A stretch of DNA of 63,642 nt, the filler included, from Scenedesmus sp. PABB004 (taxonomy: Eukaryota), in NCBI GenBank assembly GCA_014905635.1. It is 5 parts of 5 records of this genome, joined end to end, with 100 filler letters (N's around TTAATTAATTAA, not from the genome) between each part and the next. Parts side by side here need not be neighbours in the genome. Positions count along the whole stretch, not along the records: positions 33,643 to 63,642 come from JABVCE010000078.1; 4 more parts are not named here. The stretch is one strand, 5' to 3'. The position numbers and the translations under genes were made by a program. Within the stretch, counting starts at the first letter, position 1. Each line of letters begins with the position of its first letter. The notes under the pieces are model-generated. The model did no database searches. It was given only the letters and a program-made list of their open reading frames with translations, and was not told the origin of the DNA. Below, piece after piece: positions 56,601-63,642 of this stretch.

Positions 56601-57676
56601 TTTCATTTAAACATTCAAAACAAACAACAAAACCAATGCTTGTCAAAAATTTCTTCTCTTTCAATAATACCGCTGGAGATTTTTCAAAAAATCTTCAAGT
56701 CAAATTCTTTGAAAATACATTGAAAACACGAATCTTTCAACCAAAAAATTGGAATACTCAGCAAAATTCTTTCAATCAAAATGAATTTGAAAAATTGAAT
56801 AATATTGCTTTCTCTTCAAATTTCAAAAATAACCTCCAAAAAACTGAAATTGACAAAAACTTTGAATATCGACGAATTCTAAAAAAACAAAAACGAATTA
56901 AAAAACATCCAAGACCACCAGTATGGTTCCCATCAGGTTCATTATCACAACAAGTTTTACCTGTTCATTATATTTATGTATTTTATAAACGTTCAAGATT
57001 ACCTCGTGATCGTTATATTCGTCGAAGATTAAAATCAACCTTTGTCAAAACAACGAATTCAGCTGACAATGTTTCAACAAACTCAACAATTACAAAAATT
57101 CTTGATTTTACACTCCGAAAACGTACAAAACCAAGAAGAAAATATCATAGAAAACGTTTTGTTTTTGACACAAACCAATTCTTATTAAGACGTCGAAAAT
57201 TCCGAAGTTTTCTTGAAGATCCTGAAGTTGGAAGACCAACTTCAAAACTTTTCGATATGTCAGCAAAACAGGAAAAACGAAATCTTAAGTCAAAACAACG
57301 AAGAAAAATTGTTGATTCAAAACAATCATCAGAAAATTTACGTGTTCGACAATTACGTCGAAGAGTTCAAAGACAAGTCTTTCGACCAATTTGGCGTTAT
57401 CGACCTCGTTCTGGTGGTTTTGTATGGCCAGGCGATTATTTACGTTTTGAACTAATCAAAGCTCCAGAATTAAATTCTTTCCAAAATAGTGCATCTATTT
57501 CTCAAGAAATTCAAGAAAAAACAAAAACTGAATCATCACCACGAAAAATTCGTAAGAAAAAACGTCGTGCTCTCCAAGAATGGCAAATTCAACCGAAAAA
57601 ATATTTATTAGAAAAACATAATCTTAAAGTCTTAAAAAAACGCATAGAAAAATCAAGTCAAAATTTTCAAGCATAA
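50669..57676 (+). CDS. ycf1: Ycf1 (Tic214), 2335 aa
   Basis: N-terminal multi-TM block (GLFNSLFLCLP..RRFVMQG..G) followed by long K/R-rich regions, typical of chlorophycean ycf1; intact ORF. Confidence 0.93.
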   Translation: MFVTMSLVTSIKDYIEVVHKLIETDPSFKIDSYYDFGSIVTFIILSGKEILQNILTFQWFHAFWSIPTLVPDIASAMISEISVFDGSLQNTQAVFEKPISYGESNFFISCSEKFMIGLFNSLFLCLPTSIAHIITLRRFVMQGLEAGFISGLGTIAGNVFWIGSIIFGLRFVVIPWLSFDLFRAFLGFVLIVKYMWDSYTERRTVLEDLSKYKIFFLTFLLSFTEQTTIYPFISNLSLGSDSTLFESFPTENFYEFGFVHFSYLLGIFVGSLSLLQFTCWFWENPAFQIYMWFISSFKTTTSLYSKIVNLTFLYLTMICAISNISYFGLDYTLTNPLGFVHEDRLLEQKALLETSFLNTKASDRNTRRNRGRHGRRERWKRRVRRYRTFDASLYDQGVYDLLTLEDLNYGFDRFWLRRKIRNHRVRFRFFPGPWMRSFKKQLSRPRLESFMGPRVEFFRILFEQAYHPEFHEFSTKKNVLKTKKNQSSLFSSAKGEENAFQMPFFGEKKGSAENTPNDLSSLSNREKIHSIYWNSSNGKKKERLFKEKSTLRKFVRKVNSRIKLAKIETEVKNPQNFAISLENSKIFTAPISSKAWKSFSNQNPISTSILSQKEEKNMSNASIFKKSEENLLFQRFYKKLFFTKEKSQNLFGIPYESTSNLFSGKSQNEFTPHFSKKDRFLERYRNFLQSSPEKSQNLTNRQKEKTKNMLPFEYEGKNVQSLKNSIFPLTTENFGRTTSGQTETLFKNEKLSKTELQSNLRPLQNESQYRPITLLHPLTFYFQKEKALKRKFQFYGVKLFRNFGIENNAPYFRVMMKRFFYHYKPTLRWERTLRVATMRRARRKSSRIPRKFNIQKNSQILANSSLIENSGENFNPQQSLPESGITKPTHFYSLVEKRASRYRYQIYKDVLQHWYYSPLNRFLLKLDVDSFIRRQPNSYFLTKTDEKFLHLKRQLLSEYYETLRWYTYMQHYSTMKNQIGGTKSLSSRAYNQQFVGTFKKIRHLFNITPSFRESTVLKFDQPLFNEYKNSQSSSIFNDSIMHEELLADDFFFVEKKEKNENSSGIVEAGKKVRLPDDLTNQSAKILREYLREATPIRQEYIQTLLEEKNYWDLTKFLFKGQKIRGTNPIANETDFFNQEKNYLLNSDFQNPNFAKEKFGDELWLTLLKKCQNKLYDQEALKNYVTLKKEKYQMKKQKHEKYLNNRLERMKEAFLFQTLNKKTLEQNQSAFEFENFSGYTSSLQKAMKESILWGKNSFGDETSSLDTVEKFFARKNFLQKINIRNNRPNLYASLQDPNLFDKNGNNVQVEKKTSSKISPQINAQKLRSLLFTTNLKNSVKTKALEIREAENLFHQKFSKRKERKKSFGNNFGPFQSMKKFLWNTLRLQNFSGVKEKIEPISTSSKQISEKIPFFSKLFSIGKYSFRGTPNKNLDFWKKRENALSKRRKIRKTLKRLRNQKAANTKILFENNEFFDPNVPTLNKGTREKPSRQKNDQLGRSFESSQRKRKEESRRSQAWKKYSSSRSRADSASEGSVPAETKKSFFQKLTFLPQNIFKEGGQKFWTKKFQRKRSRLRRYSSFKGRGPIKKRTLREKFKRQFKSLKKYGGTLESSTSQQMQLEREKKKIELIQLITQRTSESKMLRPEDQNFQKRDQKQRRTRQIKHRAWKKKKQNFAQKRRKLRKRRRSTISKIRVFNKKLQRILSKKEIQTWWWQIFFPTFQKTTEKNWQIEKNMQIRKELFDLSEKEILERDQNTFDYTGEGALPSNSLNFLQIGDKDYKPLSIPQALRIREKLIQNEILRFSNPQIQTTLSNGVDSTYASTNETAQLSSKERVENSQIFSNNRAKNPNFVETLTKNISKNQYENFQFAQTGSVEKFFVGTNPIPFYAGWDESLRKFVITNRLLSRKDSFSFSPKGMNTFFKSAKNEESSLQEFSKAPLQGMNAATTLYWQIPFTTYDPDQFFALGMDGFSPLGWRNFSFKHSKQTTKPMLVKNFFSFNNTAGDFSKNLQVKFFENTLKTRIFQPKNWNTQQNSFNQNEFEKLNNIAFSSNFKNNLQKTEIDKNFEYRRILKKQKRIKKHPRPPVWFPSGSLSQQVLPVHYIYVFYKRSRLPRDRYIRRRLKSTFVKTTNSADNVSTNSTITKILDFTLRKRTKPRRKYHRKRFVFDTNQFLLRRRKFRSFLEDPEVGRPTSKLFDMSAKQEKRNLKSKQRRKIVDSKQSSENLRVRQLRRRVQRQVFRPIWRYRPRSGGFVWPGDYLRFELIKAPELNSFQNSASISQEIQEKTKTESSPRKIRKKKRRALQEWQIQPKKYLLEKHNLKVLKKRIEKSSQNFQA

Positions 57677-57986
57677 TTGAATTTTCAGCTTTTGAAAAAA
57701 GCGAAAAAGTTCTTTTTTAATATTTCAAAACTTTCAATTTTTCGTGCAAAAAATTTTTTGTTTTTTTCATCGAGAAATTGAAAGTTTTGAAAGACAAAAA
57801 ATTCTTTGCATGAAAAATATAGATTCTTTTCTCTTTTTTTGGTAATATATATTTGTCAAAAAATTTGCAAAAGAATCTATATTTTTCAAGATTTTTTTTT
57901 CTTCTTTTTGAAGTTTTTCATTCACGTCACTTTATCTTAAAGTGAAAAGGTGAACGAAATTCTTGTCGGAAGAAAAAATTTTTTTT

Positions 57987-58058
57987 GGCGGCATAGCCAA
58001 GTGGTAAGGCAGAGGATTGCAAATCCTTTATTCCTCAGTTCGAATCTGAGTGCCGCCT
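57987..58058 (+). tRNA. trnC: tRNA-Cys(GCA)
   Basis: GGCGGCATAGCCAAGTGG..GAGGATT GCA AATCCTT..GTTCGAATC..TGCCGCCT. Confidence 0.95.
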
Positions 58059-58491
58059 TTTTAAAAAGAAGTTGTTTGAAGTTTTTAACTTTTGTAAAGT
58101 TCGAACAAAAAATTGAATTGTTGCAAAAAGAATTCATTGAAAAATAGATTGAATTTTTCTTTTTTTCTTTTCTTTACCTTTCGGTGAAGAAAAAAAGTTT
58201 CAAAATTTACAAAGGAAAGATTATTTTTCTTTAGCAAAAAAATAAACCACACAATACCAAATTTTTCATTTCTATTTTTCCATATCAAAAAAAGCTTTTT
58301 TCTTTGTTTGAGAAAAGGAAGGATCTATTTTTTCAAAGCTGGAAAAAATGAAAATTTCGTGCACATCACTTCACTTTCCCTTAAGGTGAATAGGTGAAAA
58401 AAAATTGAAAGAATTTTTTGATTTGGAAATTTGAACAATTGAAAAAGAAAAGAAAAAAAAGATTGTTGTGGAAAAAATAAAAACTCTCAAA

Positions 58492-58908
58492 ATGTTAAGT
58501 CCAAAAAGAACAAAATTCCGTCGTCCACATCGAGGAAATTTAAAAGGAAAAGCATGCCGTGGAACGAAAATTGCTTTTGGAGAATATGGTCTTCAAGCAC
58601 TTGAACCTTGTTGGATTACATCAAGACAAATTGAATCTGGTCGACGTGTATTAACACGTTATGTTCGAAGAACAGGAAAACTCTGGATTCGAATTTTTCC
58701 AGACAAACCAATTACTATGCGCCCAGCCGGTACACGTATGGGTTCTGGGAAAGGTTTTCCTGAATATTGGGTAGCTGTCGTTCATCCTGGAAAAATTTTG
58801 TATGAAATTCAAGGTGTATCTGAAACTGTTGCAAAACAAGCATTAAAAACAGCTGCTTATAAAATGCCAATTCAAACAAAATTTGTAAAAGCTGAGTCGT
58901 TGATTTAA
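58492..58908 (+). CDS. rpl16: Plastid ribosomal protein L16
   Basis: [22 protein letters not shown]. Confidence 0.97.
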   Translation: MLSPKRTKFRRPHRGNLKGKACRGTKIAFGEYGLQALEPCWITSRQIESGRRVLTRYVRRTGKLWIRIFPDKPITMRPAGTRMGSGKGFPEYWVAVVHPGKILYEIQGVSETVAKQALKTAAYKMPIQTKFVKAESLI

Positions 58909-59009
58909 AAAAAAATACATATGAAAAAAAAGACAAGGTGTCTTTTTTTGAAATTTGTCAAACAAAAAAAATTTTGATGAAAATAAAAATAGAAAATATT
59001 TAAACACTT

Positions 59010-59375
59010 ATGATTCAACCCCTATCTTATTTAAATGTCGCTGATAATAGTGGAGCACGAAAATTAATGTGTATCCGTGTATTAGGTGGAGGCCGTCAAA
59101 CAGCAACAATTGGAGATGTAATTATTGCTGTTGTGAAAGATGCATTACCAAATATGCCATTAAAAAAATCAGATGTTGTTCGTGCAGTCATTGTTCGTAC
59201 AAGTAAAGGTGTTCGCCGTGAAAATGGTATGATGCTTTGCTTTGATGATAATGCTGCTGTCGTTATTAATAAAGAAGGAAATCCTCGTGGGACGCGCGTT
59301 TTTGGACCTATTGCTCGCGAACTTCGCGACAAAAATTTTCCAAAAATTGTTTCTTTAGCTCCTGAAGTTGTATAA
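59010..59375 (+). CDS. rpl14: Plastid ribosomal protein L14
   Basis: [30 protein letters not shown]. Confidence 0.98.
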   Translation: MIQPLSYLNVADNSGARKLMCIRVLGGGRQTATIGDVIIAVVKDALPNMPLKKSDVVRAVIVRTSKGVRRENGMMLCFDDNAAVVINKEGNPRGTRVFGPIARELRDKNFPKIVSLAPEVV

Positions 59376-59491
59376 CTTTCAACCATTGTTCACTTGAAAA
59401 CCAAGTTTTTCAAATTCAAAAAATGCTTTCCTTTTTTGAATTTGATGAGTCTTATTTATTCATCAAAAAAAGAATTTTGAAAAAAAAACTT

Positions 59492-60034
59492 ATGACACAA
59501 AGATTAAAAAAACTCTATACTGAAAAAATTCTTCCGAAATTTTCAAAAGAATTTCACTATAAAAATATTCATGAAGTTCCAGCTTTAAAAAAAATTGTTA
59601 TTAATCGAGGTATTGGAGATGCTTCACAAAATGCAAAAATTTTAGAAACTTTTTTAAAAGAATTAAGTATTATTTCTGGACAAAAAGGTGTAATTACACG
59701 CTCAAAAAAATCAATTGCTGGATTTAAAATTCGTGATAAAATGCCAGTTGGTGTAGCAGTTACTCTACGTGGTGAACGTATGTACGGCTTTCTTGATCGT
59801 TTAATTCATTTAGCCTTACCACGTGTACGTGATTTTCAAGGAATTAGTCCAAAAAGTTTTGATAAAAATGGAAATTATAGTCTTGGATTAGAAGAACAAC
59901 TTATGTTCCCTGAAATTGAATATGATAAAATTGATCAAATTCGAGGAATGGATATTTCTATTGTAACAACTGCAAAAAATCAAGAAGAAGGTTTAGCTTT
60001 ATTAAAAGAATTTGGCTTACCTTTTCAATCTTAA
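59492..60034 (+). CDS. rpl5: Plastid ribosomal protein L5
   Basis: [42 protein letters not shown]. Confidence 0.97.
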   Translation: MTQRLKKLYTEKILPKFSKEFHYKNIHEVPALKKIVINRGIGDASQNAKILETFLKELSIISGQKGVITRSKKSIAGFKIRDKMPVGVAVTLRGERMYGFLDRLIHLALPRVRDFQGISPKSFDKNGNYSLGLEEQLMFPEIEYDKIDQIRGMDISIVTTAKNQEEGLALLKEFGLPFQS

Positions 60035-60220
60035 TTTTTTAAGGTGACACTGACTTTTTTTCAAAAAACTGGAAAATTTACAAAAAAAACGTTCTGAAAA
60101 TTTTCAAAGAAGAACTCAAAATTTCTTCTTTCATAGTAACGTTAATTTTTTTTTTTTAAGAATTTGAAAAGATTCTTCAATACAAATATATAAAAAAATT
60201 TCTCTATTTTCACAATTTTT

Positions 60221-60631
60221 ATGGTAAATGATACTATTAGTGATATGCTAACTCGTATTCGAAATGCATCTATGGTAAAAAAATCGACAGTCTTGATTCC
60301 TTTTACAAAAATGAATCAAAAAATTGCTCAAATTTTAGAAAAAGAAGGATTTATTCAAAGTTTTTATCTTGAAGAAGATTCTCAGATGTTAAATCTAAAA
60401 TTTAAATACCGCTCGAAAAAAACAGCAAATTCAAAAACAAAAGAATCTTGTATTACAAATTTAAAAAGAATTAGTAAACCAGGTTTAAGAATTTATACAA
60501 ATAGTCAAGATATTCCACGTGTGTTAGGTGGGGCTGGGATTTTCATTCTTTCAACTTCTGTAGGAATTTTAACAGATCGTGAAGCACGCTCATTAGGAGT
60601 AGGTGGAGAAATTTTATGTTCAATTTGGTAA
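60221..60631 (+). CDS. rps8: Plastid ribosomal protein S8
   Basis: [35 protein letters not shown]. Confidence 0.98.
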   Translation: MVNDTISDMLTRIRNASMVKKSTVLIPFTKMNQKIAQILEKEGFIQSFYLEEDSQMLNLKFKYRSKKTANSKTKESCITNLKRISKPGLRIYTNSQDIPRVLGGAGIFILSTSVGILTDREARSLGVGGEILCSIW

Positions 60632-60974
60632 ATTTGAACATATTCTTGATTTTTTCATATTTCTCTTTTTTTCTCAAAGTTTGTTTGAACAATTTGAAAA
60701 GAGAAATATGAAAAATTTCTTCACCAAAAAAAAATTTTTTTTTCTTGAAAAAAAACTTTCTTTTTCCTATAATTCAAAAAAAGTTTTTTTTGCTACTTTT
60801 TCGAAATGAATGAAAAATAAAAAAAGATTTTTCTGAATAGCTTCAATTTTGTTAAAAATGACATATTTTTGTTCGAGAATGATTGGATAGATGAAAAGCG
60901 CTGCTCAAAACTTTTCATTCTTTTTTCAAAAATAGTTCAATTTTAAATAAATAAAATAAAAAATACTCTTTTTT

Positions 60975-61063
60975 ATGACAATTAGTTCACCAGAACGCGA
61001 AGCTAAAAAAGTCAAAATTGCAGTAGATCGTAATCCTGTAGAAACAAGTTTTGAAAAATGGGC
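60975..61063 (+). CDS. psaA: psaA exon 1 (89 nt)
   Basis: [30 protein letters not shown], followed immediately by GTGCG. Too short for the ORF track. Confidence 0.93.
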
Positions 61064-61310
61064 GTGCGGCCTGAAAAAAGGATAAGATATTTTTTTACAA
61101 TTATTGATATATTGAAACCATTGAAAAATTTCTCAGAATTCAAAATTCTGGTCATGACAAAAACAAAAATTTTTCACTTTTTAAAAACAAAAGTGAAGAG
61201 TATTAAAAAACTTGAAAAAAAAAGCACTTTCATTTTGGTAATTCCAAAATGAAAAGAAATTTATCTAGTTTTACCCAGGTTTAACATTATTTTATGAACA
61301 CCTCTTTATT
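61064..61310 (+). other. 5' portion of the psaA group II intron (probably trans-spliced; 3' extent unknown)
   Basis: Consensus 5' end GTGCG. No domain V/VI or exon 2 is recognisable in the window. The equivalent intron is trans-spliced in Chlamydomonas. Confidence 0.7.
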
Positions 61311-63642
61311 ATGAACACTCAAAATGATATTTTGTATTTCAAGAAAATTGAAAGAATTCAAAATTCATCAGTTTTTTACTTAAAGCAAAACAGAAAAGAA
61401 AAAAACCAAAAATCGTTTGAATCGAATTTTTCCTTTTTGAAAAAAATTCAAAGTCCTTCTTTGAAAGTATTTGAAACACTTTCTTCTTTTCAAAAATTTC
61501 CTTTTTTGCCAGAGAAAAAAAAAGAACAGCCAAACATTTTTCAAAAAGAAAAAAAGAAATATTTTTTTGCTTCTTCTTTTTTTCAAAAGAATAGAAAAAA
61601 AAAAAGAATCCAGCTTTTTCTTTATTTATTTTGGATTCAAATTTTCACGTTTCTTTTCGAAAAGAATGAAAAAATATCTTCACTTTTTTTTGGATTTTGT
61701 TTAACTTCTCAAAAAGTTTTTTTGGATACCTTTTTTTCAAAAATTTTTGACTTTTTTTTGAGTTTTTTTGAGAACACCACTATGATTTTTCACTACAGAA
61801 AATTGCAAAACTCGTTTTTTCAAAAAACGAGTGGAAATGTTCATTTTCTTTTGAATGGTTTTTCCAATTTCAAAAGAAAATTTCAAAATTGCCTTCAAAT
61901 GTTTTTTTTGAAAATTCAATTTTTTCAAAAAAAGTTCAAAATTTTTCTTTTTCAATTTATTTATGAGCTTCAATTTTCTTTTCTCTTTAAACTTCACAAC
62001 TTTCCTATCTTTAAAAAATTGAATTTTTTTTTGAGCAACTTGCTTTCTTGGAAGAAAATTTTTTCTTTCCTTAAAGGTGAGCGAAATGAGGAAAACTTCA
62101 GAAAAATCAAAAAATTTTTTGATTTTTGTTTTGATACTCTTCTGCTTGAAACCAAATTTTTTCAATTTAGTTTTCTTTCTATACAATTGATACCAACATG
62201 TCAAAAAAGAACACAAAAAAAGAAAATGACTAGGTCTTTCAAATTTCAAGAAGGTTCTGCGTTTTTTTCTTCGAGAATTGGAAGGAAAGAAACAACAGCA
62301 TTTCAAAAATTTCGTCTTCAAAGATTTGCAATAATTTTTGAAAATATCATCAATATTTTTTTAAATTATTTTGCAAGTCCCATTTCTTTAAGAAAAAATT
62401 GTGATGTATTGTCTACTTGGAAAAATCGTGAACTCATTTTTTCTCATTTCGCCAAATTGCCATTTTTTCTTCTTCACACTCAAGTTGAAAAAAAATATAT
62501 TCAGAAATTTTTCCAAACGTTTCATTCGAAGTTTGGAGAAAATTCTTCTTTTTTGATCAAAAACAAAACTTTTTTTGAGAATACAAATGAAAATCCTCAG
62601 AGCTTTTTCAACACATTATTTCGTTCAACTCTTTTCTTCTTCCCCAAAAGAAAAACCAATTCATTCTTCTTTCCTTTTTTTGAAAATTTGCTCGAAAAAA
62701 CAACCATAGATATTTCTCGAGACTTGCACTCTTCAAAATTTGAAAAAGACTGTGTTCAAAAATTCAATCCTCAAAAAACTTTAACAAATACGAATTTTTT
62801 CTTTTCAAAAAAATTTGTGAAAAAGTTTTTTCTTCATCCAATTGTTTTTCTTTCAAAAAATTATTTTTCGATGTTTTTAACTTCTCAACTGAATTTTCTT
62901 TCATTTTTTGAAAAACCAGTTTCTCAATTGAATCGTTTTTTTTCTCTATGTTTTTTCAAAAAAATACTAAAAGGAAAGAGAAAACAATTTTTTTCACTGA
63001 AAGGGAACGAGAAAAACATCTTTTTCTCAAAAGAAAAATTTCTTTTTTCTTCTCTTTCTGTTCGAAAACCAAAAGTGGAACAGAGAGTCAAATTTTTGAA
63101 AAATTTTTGGTTTCTTTCAAAAAAATTTCAATGGGAAGGAACAAAGTTGCCTTTCATGCAATTTTTTTCTATTTCACCATTTTTTTCAACATTTTTTACA
63201 GCATATAGTGAAAATTTTGAAGAACTTCTTCCACAAAAATTTCTTTCTCTTTTTTTTAGTGGTGAAAAGTTTCAATCTTTTGAAACACATTTTGCTGGCG
63301 TAACCTTTGAAGGTTTTTGTTTTCAAAATCAAGTTCACTCTCAAAAAAAATTCAAAAAAATGTTTTTTTTTCAACAACAACCTACTTCAGAAAGAATAAC
63401 TTTGCATTTAAAAAAATGTAAAGACATTATCAAAAAAGGAACTGGACAACAGCAACTTGAGTTCATGACAAAGCTTCAAAAAGAAATAAAAAATTGGTCA
63501 AAACTTTCAAAAACGACTTCTACAAAACGTATTTTTCAATATTGCGATTCAATAATATTCAAATTTTTATGGAATTGGGCACGCAAAACGCATCCAAATA
63601 AAAGTAAGATGTGGATACAAAAAAAATATTTTCATTATATTC
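61311..63642 (+). CDS. Large divergent group II intron RT/maturase-like ORF (at least 777 codons, runs off the window)
   Basis: Hand translation from ATG 61311 finds no stop up to the window end. The C-terminal part GVTFEGFCF..QPTSERITLHLKKCKDIIKK..KLQKEIKNW..FQYCDSIIFKFLWNWARKTHPNKSKMWIQKKYF fits RT7 plus domain X. Confidence 0.8.
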   Translation, partial: MNTQNDILYFKKIERIQNSSVFYLKQNRKEKNQKSFESNFSFLKKIQSPSLKVFETLSSFQKFPFLPEKKKEQPNIFQKEKKKYFFASSFFQKNRKKKRIQLFLYLFWIQIFTFLFEKNEKISSLFFGFCLTSQKVFLDTFFSKIFDFFLSFFENTTMIFHYRKLQNSFFQKTSGNVHFLLNGFSNFKRKFQNCLQMFFLKIQFFQKKFKIFLFQFIYELQFSFLFKLHNFPIFKKLNFFLSNLLSWKKIFSFLKGERNEENFRKIKKFFDFCFDTLLLETKFFQFSFLSIQLIPTCQKRTQKKKMTRSFKFQEGSAFFSSRIGRKETTAFQKFRLQRFAIIFENIINIFLNYFASPISLRKNCDVLSTWKNRELIFSHFAKLPFFLLHTQVEKKYIQKFFQTFHSKFGENSSFLIKNKTFFENTNENPQSFFNTLFRSTLFFFPKRKTNSFFFPFFENLLEKTTIDISRDLHSSKFEKDCVQKFNPQKTLTNTNFFFSKKFVKKFFLHPIVFLSKNYFSMFLTSQLNFLSFFEKPVSQLNRFFSLCFFKKILKGKRKQFFSLKGNEKNIFFSKEKFLFSSLSVRKPKVEQRVKFLKNFWFLSKKFQWEGTKLPFMQFFSISPFFSTFFTAYSENFEELLPQKFLSLFFSGEKFQSFETHFAGVTFEGFCFQNQVHSQKKFKKMFFFQQQPTSERITLHLKKCKDIIKKGTGQQQLEFMTKLQKEIKNWSKLSKTTSTKRIFQYCDSIIFKFLWNWARKTHPNKSKMWIQKKYFHYI

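Noticed and set aside
61339..63380. Short minus-strand and alternative-frame ORFs listed after psaA exon 1
   Set aside because: They are shadows of the long plus-strand maturase-like frame.

Overview
This window is not one locus. It is five unrelated assembly pieces joined by four artificial 100-nt linkers (N-run, TTAATTAATTAA, N-run), all consistent with a chlorophycean green alga, probably Sphaeropleales/Scenedesmaceae. Piece 1 (1-10229) is a very GC-rich, intron-rich nuclear chromosome end: the 3' end of an SPL/CRR1-like gene, a secreted CxxC-repeat protein, a LacZ-type GH2 beta-galactosidase and then a (TTTAGGG)n telomere. Piece 2 (10330-20554) is nuclear: a signal peptide-papain(C1A)-LysM-LRR gene, an LRR segment, a secreted TolB/PD40 propeller gene and a Cys-loop ion channel gene; several of these introns need GC donors. 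Pieces 3 and 4 (20655-27515, 27616-33542) each hold a full-length Ty1/copia element with TG...GA LTRs and a half-tRNA-Met-type PBS. Both are inserted at the same position, with the same GCCGC target duplication, in a ~172-bp GC-rich satellite. Piece 5 (33643-63642) is AT-rich chloroplast DNA: rbcL, trnY, rps11, psbA (group I intron with GIY-YIG ORF), trnH, a 5'-truncated psbC, the rrs-trnI-trnA-rrl-rrf operon (L2593 intron with an I-CreI-like ORF), trnS, ycf1, trnC, rpl16, rpl14, rpl5, rps8 and psaA exon 1. After psaA exon 1 come a group II intron start and an open frame of at least 777 codons ending in a maturase domain X, which the ORF track misses. Many single-base indels look like long-read errors, so nuclear exon boundaries are approximate.
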